Shown here: piece by piece, positions 56,847 to 64,000 of the stretch
Layout of the letters: each line of letters opens with the position of its first letter
Numbering within the stretch: the first letter of the stretch is position 1
Position numbers and translations under genes: made by a program
The notes under the pieces: model-generated
Database searches by the model: none
What the model saw: the letters and a program-made list of their open reading frames with translations, nothing else
Told to the model about the DNA's origin: nothing
DNA from: an uncultured delta proteobacterium
GTDB taxonomy: Bacteria > Desulfobacterota > Desulfobaccia > Desulfobaccales > 0-14-0-80-60-11
Assembly (NCBI GenBank): GCA_963834795.1
Contig: CAWIDL010000021.1
Span: 134,243-198,242, forward strand
Length of the DNA: 64,000 nucleotides
Direction: 5' to 3'

Positions 56847-57625
56847 CGATCAGTGCTGGCCTGGGGTCCTTAAGCTCCATCGCAGTGAGGTGTCTGGGTT
56901 CTGATGGTTTGGTATGCCAAAATTTCTGGAAAAATTACTATATCCGGCAGATTGGTTGACAAATTCATTGAAATTTATGCTATCATTGCTGTCACCCGAC
57001 AATTCGGCTGCAAAAGAGGATGCTTCTCGGGGTTAAACTCGGGGAGATGACTCCACAAAACCGTTTTTTGACCGCGGTGGCCCAGGCTGCCGCATAATCT
57101 CAGATAATAAGGACCAGGAAAGGAGGTCAATAAAATGGACCAACCGATGTGTGTGCGCATTCTAATGACCATATGGCCAAAAAAAGGCCAAGCAGCGATG
57201 CGAAAGCATTGGCTGCGGGAAGGGGTTCGGTATTTCAAGGATGGGAAACCAGAAAAAGCAATAGCCACATTATATAATGTGACCAGTTCTCAGCGGGGCC
57301 CAGAGGACCAAGCGGGTCAAGCAGCATACTGCACGGCAGTCTATTATTCAGGGCTGGCCTATGCAGCTCTCGGGGACCTGGATTCTGCATGGGAGTGCTA
57401 TAGCGTTGTCAAAGACCTGAATCCTCCTAATAAAGAAATAGTGGAGGACCTTCGTGTAGCGATTGAAAAGAGTTAAGCGTAAGGGGCCATAAACGGGGAT
57501 TTGGGTCCTGTGGCCCCCATCAGTACTAACTACCATCTCTTGCTTCAGACAATCTTGAAGCAGGGTCGTGGCAATATCTACAGGGGCCATGGCGTACAAG
57601 TGGCGGACAAAATTTTAGAGGCCCC
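55558..57625 (+). mobile_element. 2,068-bp insertion: IS1380-family transposase gene plus a passenger TPR ORF
   Basis: Bounded by the 10-bp direct repeat GGTTAAAAGG (55548-55557 and 57626-57635). Removing it restores a continuous 464-aa PhoH2 frame. I could not identify terminal IRs. Confidence 0.7.
57135..57476 (+). CDS. small TPR-like protein (passenger in the insertion)
   Basis: 113 aa with AGGAGG 7 nt upstream. TPR-like: GKPEKAIATLYNV...YYSGLAYAALGDLDSAWECYSVVKDLNP. Confidence 0.55.
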   Translation: MDQPMCVRILMTIWPKKGQAAMRKHWLREGVRYFKDGKPEKAIATLYNVTSSQRGPEDQAGQAAYCTAVYYSGLAYAALGDLDSAWECYSVVKDLNPPNKEIVEDLRVAIEKS

Positions 57626-58576
57626 GGTTAAAAGGGGATACTCCAAATTATCATATATGGGCTGCATCCAGGGGCGGATCTTGTCTTCTTTATCCCCGGG
57701 AAGATAGCCCAGATCGTTGCCCAAGGGCACAATTGGCCTGGTGATGAGCAGGCGGTTAAATTTGCCGTTATCCTCAAAAACTCTTTCCAGGCCGGCAGCC
57801 AACGCCAGGATGGTCTTACCGGTCCCGGCCTTGCCGACTAAAGTAACGATCTTGATGTGATCATCCAGCAGCAGTTCCAGGGCAAATCTCTGTTCCTTAT
57901 TCAGTGCTTTGATGCCATAAGCCGTCTTGCCGTCATAAGTGAGCCTATGGATTTTATTATCACAGTATCTGGCCAGGGCTGAAATGGATGGAGTTTCACG
58001 AGACTTGATGATACAGAATTGGTTGGGATGAAGATTATCCTGGCTGGAGTCAACCGACCCTTCTTGATAAAACCGGTCTATTTCGGCCTGAGAAAGAATT
58101 GATTCCTGAACTCCCTTATATAACTTACAATAATCCACTTTATCGCTATAAAAATCTTCAGTCGGAATCCCCAAAACATCTGCTTTTATCCTCAGATTTA
58201 AATCCTTGGTAACCAAAACCAGCGGGCTATTTTCACTGTTCTTTAGATAATAGGCCAGGGCCAGGATTCTATTGTCAACGATGTTCAAATCGACCCCGTT
58301 CAACAGGTCGTAAGTTTTAATGCCGTTTAATTCAATGCGGATGGAGCCGCCTCCCGGGAGTTTGACCCCTTCCGCCAGACGACCCGTCAACCTCAATTCA
58401 TCCAACTTTCTGGAGGCGTCCCGGGCATTTCTGCCCACCTCATCCCCCCTCCTCTTGGTGCGGTCTAATTCCTCAATCACTGAAAGCGGCAAAACTATGG
58501 AGTTGTCTTCGAAAGCAAATAAGGATTCCGGATCGTGCAATAAAACGTTGGTATCCAAAATATAGATTTTTTTCAT
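57626..58576 (-). pseudogene. PIN-PhoH (PhoH2) ATPase, N-terminal fragment
   Basis: PIN domain (KIYILDTNVLLHDP) plus the PhoH Walker A (LVGKAGTGKTILALA). The frame runs into the insertion after ...PIYDNLEYPLLT. Confidence 0.9.
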
Positions 58577-58802
58577 TTGCCCCCTCTGGCAGCTACTGAG
58601 TCATTCGCTGCTAGTTGGCCATATACCGGATATTTTGGGAAGGGTTTTTCCCGGAAGAGAAGATGGGCGGATGAATGATATTTTCCTGATAGTCTAAGGC
58701 ATTAGACAAAATTAACCAAATTTTAACATTAAAAATATTAAATCATAACTTTCATGGGAAACAATTCAGATCAAAACAGCTTGATTAAATCGGAGGGTTG
58801 CC

Positions 58803-59174
58803 ATGCATGTGGATTCCGCATACGTACACGCCCTGGCAGGGAGGCTGCGGATCAAGATTCCCAAGATTAAAGGGGCGGCCGACAAGGCCCAGGAACTTGA
58901 GCAGCACCTGCAGCAATTTACCGGTATAGAATCCGTTTCCGCCAATCCTACCACCGGCAACGTGCTGGTCCTTTACAATCCCCACCGCATCGACCAGTGG
59001 AACATCATCTTATCCTTGAAAGATTTGGGGTATCTGTCTCAAGCCGCTTCGACGGTTAGCGTCATGGTGAGCCCCCAATCTTCTCCGCAGGGGGTGGTGG
59101 AAAAAGTAACCGCCGTCGTGGCCGCCACCTTGATGGAGGTCGCCCTGAGCCGGTTGGTCGGCGGCCTGATTTGA
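58803..59174 (+). CDS. stand-alone HMA_2-like domain protein
   Basis: 123 aa. VHALAGRLRIKIPKIKGAADKAQELEQHLQQFTGIESVSANPTTGNVLVLYNP is the closest paralogue of the ATPase N-terminus. Confidence 0.7.
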   Translation: MHVDSAYVHALAGRLRIKIPKIKGAADKAQELEQHLQQFTGIESVSANPTTGNVLVLYNPHRIDQWNIILSLKDLGYLSQAASTVSVMVSPQSSPQGVVEKVTAVVAATLMEVALSRLVGGLI

Positions 59175-59196
59175 GCAGCCCCGAAGGAGGGGGATC

Positions 59197-59310
59197 ATGT
59201 GGTATGTTATCAGCCTGATTATCGGGGCGGTCCTGGGTTTTTGGGGACGCTATTGGTTGATGGAGGTGAAATGCCGGGACTGTGGCGCCGCATATCTCGA
59301 ATATCCCTGA
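59197..59310 (+). CDS. small membrane peptide (37 aa)
   Basis: Hand-translated: MWYVISLIIGAVLGFWGRYWLMEVKCRDCGAAYLEYP. GAAGGAGGGGG lies upstream, 22 nt after the preceding stop. It is below the track cut-off. Confidence 0.4.
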   Translation: MWYVISLIIGAVLGFWGRYWLMEVKCRDCGAAYLEYP

Positions 59311-59506
59311 GGCGCCTTCAGGGTTGGCAGAGTTCAGATGGCGCCGGGAGGGCTTTTTCCTCCATTTTTCTGCGAATATGCCAGACCTGAGCGCCGCCTC
59401 CTGGAACGACACCAGAAAATAGCCCTTTCCCTGGGCTCTCACCTAGTCTTTAGCCTCGTTCAGGTCCTGCCGGTAATCCTTCCATAAAAAACTTAACCTG
59501 AGCAAA

Positions 59507-60079
59507 TCAGGCTTTTCTTGCCGCCGCGGTCCCGCTACTGCCTTCCACCAGGCCGCGGTTCAGCATGATAAAGCTGGCAAAGCCAAACCAGAGATAGTCG
59601 GACCAGGAAGGGAAAGTGACCTTCTCGGCGGCCCAAAGCCTGCTTAAGCCGAAGAAGATCAGGGTGAGCGGCACCAGGAGTTTCAGGTCCAGCCCCCCGG
59701 TAAGTTTGGCCAGCTGAGTATTGGCGGCCTGCAAGGAACCGGTCAAGCCGGCGGCAATTGCCGGGCCGGTCCCGGCGCCGGGATTCTCCGCCAGGGAGGC
59801 CAACCAGGCGGCCAGGGTGAGGACTTCGATCTCAGGAAAGAGTTCCCCCAAGGTCTCCGACAGGATTTCCAGGGAGGCCGTGGAGAATAAATGGTCCAGG
59901 TCGTAATGGATCAAGAGGCTCCCGGTGCCGGGTTTAGCCTCGACCTGCCGGATGCCCGGCACCTTGGCGAGCTTTTCCTGGGCCTGGCGGGCCAGGGCCG
60001 GGTTTCCCTTAATCTTGGCGGCCTTGAGACGCACCCGCCCCCGCAGGGCATGGACGACTTTGAGGCCCTCGAGTTCCAT
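59507..60079 (-). CDS. HMA_2-like domain protein with C-terminal membrane segment
   Basis: 190 aa with VHALRGRVRLKAAKIKGNPALARQAQEKLAKVPGIRQVEAKPGTGSLLIHYD and C-terminal hydrophobic helices (LLVPLTLIFFGL, YLWFGFASFIML). Confidence 0.7.
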   Translation of the reverse strand: MELEGLKVVHALRGRVRLKAAKIKGNPALARQAQEKLAKVPGIRQVEAKPGTGSLLIHYDLDHLFSTASLEILSETLGELFPEIEVLTLAAWLASLAENPGAGTGPAIAAGLTGSLQAANTQLAKLTGGLDLKLLVPLTLIFFGLSRLWAAEKVTFPSWSDYLWFGFASFIMLNRGLVEGSSGTAAARKA

Positions 60080-60097
60080 TCTCTGCTCCGAGAAGGG

Positions 60098-60403
60098 TCA
60101 ACTGCCTGGTTTAACTTTGGATGTGGCTACCGCCTCGGCTGTTGCGGCTACCGCCTCGGCTGTTGCGGTTGCCTCGCGTTCGGACTGGACCTCGGCCATC
60201 AGGTCGCTGATCTGCTCCCCGGCCTCGGCCGCGAACTCCTTGGCCATATCCGACAAGGTCAGATAGCCCCTGATCAGGGTCTTGGCCAGGGGGCGAGACA
60301 CCGCCGCCACGGCGGGAAGAACGATGGGGGCCGCCAGGGCCACCCCTAACACCACCAGAATGCTGGGAACTGCGCCCTTCAGACCTTTATCCAAAACGGC
60401 CAT
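60098..60403 (-). CDS. DUF5132-like small membrane protein
   Basis: Start at the ATG at 60403 (GGAGGAAGG upstream). It has an N-terminal TM segment, then LAKTLIRGYLTLSDMAKEFAAEAGEQISDLMAEVQSE, and ends in a tandem ATAEAV repeat. Confidence 0.6.
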   Translation of the reverse strand: MAVLDKGLKGAVPSILVVLGVALAAPIVLPAVAAVSRPLAKTLIRGYLTLSDMAKEFAAEAGEQISDLMAEVQSEREATATAEAVAATAEAVATSKVKPGS

Positions 60404-60516
60404 GGCCTTCCTCCTTTTCCAAGGCAGCAATTTGAAAATTTAACATAGTGATTATTTAACCAAAAATCAATGAGACCTTAATAATTTCCTAACAGATATA
60501 TATCAGTATTCGATAT

Positions 60517-60867
60517 ATGGATTTCCAAAGACAAATCTCCCAGGGCTTCTGGCAGGGTATGGTGAAACTCATCGTCCTGCACCAGGCGAATCTGGGGCCG
60601 GTCTACGGCGGCCGGCTGAGTAAGTATTTCCACGGCCTGGGCTACGCAATCAGCCCCGGAAGCCTGTACCCTTTGCTCCATAGCATGGAAAAGGCCAACC
60701 TCATGCGCTGTCACATCAGGATCTTCAAGGGGCGGGCGCGCAAATATTATGAGCTTACTCCACAAGGGCAAGACTGCCTGGAGGCCTCGCGCCAGGAAGC
60801 GGCAGAAATTGTCCGTGAGGTGATCCTGAGCGGCCTGCCGGATGAAGCTCTAGTGAATTCAGATTAA
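60517..60867 (+). CDS. PadR-family transcriptional regulator
   Basis: 116 aa with LIVLHQANLGPVYGGRLSKYF...ISPGSLYPLLHSMEKANLM...RKYYELTPQG. Confidence 0.9.
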   Translation: MDFQRQISQGFWQGMVKLIVLHQANLGPVYGGRLSKYFHGLGYAISPGSLYPLLHSMEKANLMRCHIRIFKGRARKYYELTPQGQDCLEASRQEAAEIVREVILSGLPDEALVNSD

Positions 60868-61156
60868 CTTTTACGGCTCTTCGCCCTCTCCCCTATTTCC
60901 CCTTGCTTTTGATTTAAGCGGTCACCCCACCCAACTCTCCCTTGATCATCCCCGCAAAGAGACTTAATTATAAGCAAGCTTTCCACTCGGGCACTAAGCC
61001 TACCTGGGGTATTTTTGCCACAAGTTACAATTAACTAAAAAATAACCTAATTGAAATACGATATTAATATAAAAGTGATAGTAATTGCGCAATTTGCACC
61101 CAGGATTTAACAGTCTTTACTTATTACATCATTTCAAAATAATTTAGGAGGTTCCG

Positions 61157-61852
61157 GTGATGGGAGATTTTAGCTTAAGCATTGATCTTCTCAAGGATAT
61201 CCTAAAAGTTGCCAAGCCTTTTGGCCACAACGAAAAGACCAGGGAACTGAACATAGGGTTCGGCTTTATTTATTATGGGATAGTTAGGGCCTTAAGACCG
61301 GATCATATCTTAGTGATAGGATCAGGATATGGCTTCAGCGTCGTCTGTCTGGCCTTGGGTCTAAAGGACAACGGCCGGGGCAGGTTAAGTTTTGTCGATC
61401 CGGCCTATTCTTTATTAAAGAATGGGCCCCTCATGACCGTGGGCGGACGGGGCGTCTGGACCGATGAGTCTTATGTTAAAGCCCATTTCGGGCGCTTCGG
61501 CGTAGAAAACCTGGTCACTCATTATAAGATGCGGAGCGATGAGTTTTTCCCCAGTTTCCAGGAGCTAAAATTACCTCCCATAAATCTGGCCTTCATTGAC
61601 GGCAGCCATGCCTACAAAGACGTGAAATACGATTTCATCAAGGTCTTGGAGCAGTCGCATAGGAATACCTATATCTTTCTGCACGACACCAACATTTACC
61701 TCCGGGAATTGGTAAAGCATGCGGGGGTGAAGAAATGGTTGAAATTCATCAAGAAGGAGGAGGAATCTTTTGAGGTAATCGATTTTCCCTTTTCCTCGGG
61801 CGTCGCCCTGGTCCGCGTCTTGGACCCCTCCGCCTGGAAGAGACTCCATTGA
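61157..61852 (+). CDS. class I SAM-dependent methyltransferase (O-methyltransferase-like)
   Basis: 231 aa with ILVIGSGYGFSVVCLA and AFIDGSHAYKDVKYDF. The start is GTG; AGGAGG lies upstream. Confidence 0.7.
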   Translation: MMGDFSLSIDLLKDILKVAKPFGHNEKTRELNIGFGFIYYGIVRALRPDHILVIGSGYGFSVVCLALGLKDNGRGRLSFVDPAYSLLKNGPLMTVGGRGVWTDESYVKAHFGRFGVENLVTHYKMRSDEFFPSFQELKLPPINLAFIDGSHAYKDVKYDFIKVLEQSHRNTYIFLHDTNIYLRELVKHAGVKKWLKFIKKEEESFEVIDFPFSSGVALVRVLDPSAWKRLH

Positions 61853-62535
61853 CCGGGCTAACCATATCTCTCCTGCTGGCCATACTTACGGGGTATCTAT
61901 ACTGGCGCTACGTCTGGTTTTTTCGCAATCCCCCGCGGGTCCCGCCGCCGGGAGAGAGCATGGTCAGTCCCGCCGATGGCACCGTAGTCTATGTCACCAA
62001 GGTGGCGCCCCAGCAAGAGGTAATAATGATCAAGCAGGGGCTGCCGGCGACCCTCACCGACATCGTCCGGGAAGACCTGGACTCTCCCAAAATCCTGATC
62101 GGCATCTTTATGAGCCCCTTCAACGTCCACTACAACCGGGCCCCGCTTCCCGGGAAGGTCAACTTTATCCGGCACCACCCCGCCAAGGTGAAGAATTTTT
62201 GCATGGCTCCCATGCATTGGCGGACCCTGCTGAAACGGGCGCCCTTTTATGAGAATTCCAGACACATAATCCACAATGAACGATTGGTGACCAATGTGGA
62301 GGGCAGATTTAAGGGAGAGGCGCTCTCCTACTATGTCGTGCAAATCGCCGGGAAGAGTGTGAAGGGCATTGATAGTTATGTTAACCCGGGAGAGCAGGTC
62401 ACTAAGGGTGAAGTCTTCGGCATGATCCGCATCGGCTCCCAAGTGGACCTGGTGGCGCCGCTCCTGCCCGAGATGAGCATCATGGTCCAGCCGGGGGATA
62501 AGGTCCGGGCCGGAGAGACCGTCTTAATCGCTTAA
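61849..62535 (+). CDS. psd: phosphatidylserine decarboxylase-family proenzyme (short, archaetidylserine decarboxylase-like)
   Basis: 228 aa with VSPADGTVVYV, FMSPFNVHYNRAPLPG and the cleavage-site-like GMIRIGSQVDL. The TTG start overlaps the upstream stop (TTGA). Confidence 0.85.
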   Translation: MTGLTISLLLAILTGYLYWRYVWFFRNPPRVPPPGESMVSPADGTVVYVTKVAPQQEVIMIKQGLPATLTDIVREDLDSPKILIGIFMSPFNVHYNRAPLPGKVNFIRHHPAKVKNFCMAPMHWRTLLKRAPFYENSRHIIHNERLVTNVEGRFKGEALSYYVVQIAGKSVKGIDSYVNPGEQVTKGEVFGMIRIGSQVDLVAPLLPEMSIMVQPGDKVRAGETVLIA

Positions 62536-62558
62536 TCCTTGAAAGAAAGGGGGGAACT

Positions 62559-64000
62559 ATGAAGATCGATCTGCACGTCCACTCCAAATACTCCACGCGA
62601 CCCTCCCAATGGGTCTTGCAAAAGTTGGGCTGCCAGGAGTGTTATACGGAGCCCCGGACCCTATACCGCCTTGCCAAAAAGCGAGGCATGTCCCTGGTAA
62701 CCATTACGGACCACAACGTCATTGACGGCTGCCTGGAAATCGCCGGCCTCCCCGACACCTTTATCAGCGAGGAAGTGACCACCTATTTCCCGGAGGATCG
62801 CTGCAAGGCCCACGTCTTGGTTTACGATATTAATGAGAAACAGCATCAAGACCTGCAGGAGGCCAGGGAAAATATCTTTGACCTGGCGCAATATCTGCAA
62901 GAAAATCATATTTCCCACGTCCTGGCCCATCCCTTCTGGTCCGTCAACGATCGCTTGACCCCGGTCCATTTCGAAAAATTTCTGCTGCTCTTCAAAAATT
63001 TCGAACTGAACGGGGCTCGGGATACCCGGTTGAACGATTGGCTCAAGGCCTTGTTGTCCCAACTTACCCCGGGAGACCTAGGCGCATTGGCCGATAAGTA
63101 TGGGATCGCGCCCTGCATTCATAACCCCTGGCAGAAGAATCTTACCGGCGGTTCCGATGACCATAGTTCTCTCAACATTGCCCGGATGTTTACCCAAGTG
63201 GAGGGGGCTATATCCTTAAAGCATTTCTTTCACGGCCTCAATGTCGGCCAGGCTAAGCCCCAGGGGCAGGCCTGCACGCCCTTAACCCTGGGTTACAATC
63301 TTTATAGTATCGCCTACCAGTTCTATAAAAAGAAATACGACCTGGGTAAGTATGCCGATTCCAGCATTTTCATCAATTTTTTCGAAAGATTTTTGCAGAC
63401 AGACTTAGACCCTAAAAATTTGCCCACCAGGTTTCAATACTATCGGGACAAGATTAAATATTTTTTCAAGAGTTCTTCGAAAAGCAGCCAAACTGACCCA
63501 CTCTTGTCTCTAATCGTCAATGAAACCATCAAGGCTCCGCAGAAATCGCCAAACCGGCCCGGGATGCAGTGGTTCCAGATACTCAATGACATCTCCACCA
63601 CCATCTTGAAGCAGTTTCACGAACATTTCCGCCAGGCGGTGACGGGAGCCAATCTCTTTGATTTGATTAATTCCCTTACCTCTTCCGGGATAATTTATCT
63701 GGGGTTGACTCCTTACCTGGCGGCCTTCTCTTCCTTCTCCAAGGACCGGAGCCTCGGATCGGAAATCCTTCGCAGTTTTTCAGAGCGCGCCTCTGCGAGC
63801 ACTGGGGATGGGAAGAACCGACTCAACCTGGCGCACTTTACCGACACCTTTTATGAGATCAACGGGGTGGGACTCACTCTCCGGCGCCAGGTGAAGGCCG
63901 CGGTCAGCGCCAATAAGAGATACACCATTATCACCTGTGATTCCGAAGTCCGGCCGCAACTGCCAGGGATTCGCAATTTTGTTCCCATCGGGGTCTTTCA
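62559..64000 (+). CDS. PHP-domain protein fused to a GT4-like glycosyltransferase (partial, runs off the window)
   Basis: Hand-translated open frame with no stop to the window end. MKIDLHVHSKYSTRPS...ITDHN (PHP metal site), GGSDDHS, and later LAHFTDTFYEINGVGLTL (GT4 N-terminus). It is absent from the track because it has no stop. Confidence 0.8.
   Translation, partial: MKIDLHVHSKYSTRPSQWVLQKLGCQECYTEPRTLYRLAKKRGMSLVTITDHNVIDGCLEIAGLPDTFISEEVTTYFPEDRCKAHVLVYDINEKQHQDLQEARENIFDLAQYLQENHISHVLAHPFWSVNDRLTPVHFEKFLLLFKNFELNGARDTRLNDWLKALLSQLTPGDLGALADKYGIAPCIHNPWQKNLTGGSDDHSSLNIARMFTQVEGAISLKHFFHGLNVGQAKPQGQACTPLTLGYNLYSIAYQFYKKKYDLGKYADSSIFINFFERFLQTDLDPKNLPTRFQYYRDKIKYFFKSSSKSSQTDPLLSLIVNETIKAPQKSPNRPGMQWFQILNDISTTILKQFHEHFRQAVTGANLFDLINSLTSSGIIYLGLTPYLAAFSSFSKDRSLGSEILRSFSERASASTGDGKNRLNLAHFTDTFYEINGVGLTLRRQVKAAVSANKRYTIITCDSEVRPQLPGIRNFVPIGVF

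Noticed and set aside
55548-57635. Interpreting the 10-bp GGTTAAAAGG direct repeat as a canonical IS1380 target-site duplication.
   Set aside because: The repeat and the in-frame restoration are real observations. However, the family usually makes 4-5-bp duplications and I found no terminal IRs, so the mechanistic interpretation is left open.

Overview
The window is a GC-rich bacterial chromosomal segment. Its gene content (LutABC-type and GlcDF-type lactate dehydrogenases, ADP-forming acetyl-CoA synthetase-GNAT, MobAB, B12-radical SAM) suggests a Desulfobacterota-like anaerobe, but this taxonomy is inference only. Core blocks are: (i) a sugar/envelope-modification cluster (2 methyltransferases, an epimerase::GT2 fusion, a split transketolase); (ii) an RRM/Csp RNA-chaperone cluster; (iii) a lactate-utilisation regulon with a GntR/LldR-type regulator and three TGGT-N3-ACCA operators; (iv) mobB/mobA; (v) a block with DedA, an OmpR-type regulator, ArsC, an MntP-like protein and MetK; (vi) a lipid block with a methyltransferase, phosphatidylserine decarboxylase and a PHP::glycosyltransferase protein. 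Accessory and mobile content is abundant. It includes two different IS630 copies with TA duplications and an IS1380-type 2,068-bp insertion that splits a PIN-PhoH (PhoH2) gene. It also includes an ISL3 remnant, an ORF-less group II intron ribozyme, MITE/REP-like repeat families, a HigB/HigA-type TA pair and a TIGR02391-type two-gene module. Two tRNAs are present (Arg-TCT, Glu-CTC). The most interesting loci are two. The first is an AT-rich three-gene locus (39.5-43.1 kb) encoding a HEPN-like protein, an unknown-domain::TIR-like (Cap12/Pycsar-type) protein and a P-loop ATPase::TIR protein; it fits no defence system I know. The second is a cluster (50.7-60.9 kb) in which a P2-type ATPase and three stand-alone proteins share a CxxC-less HMA-like domain, alongside a DUF5132-like protein, a G/A/K-rich repeat protein and a PadR regulator. 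All domain assignments were made by eye from motifs and need HMM or structure confirmation.
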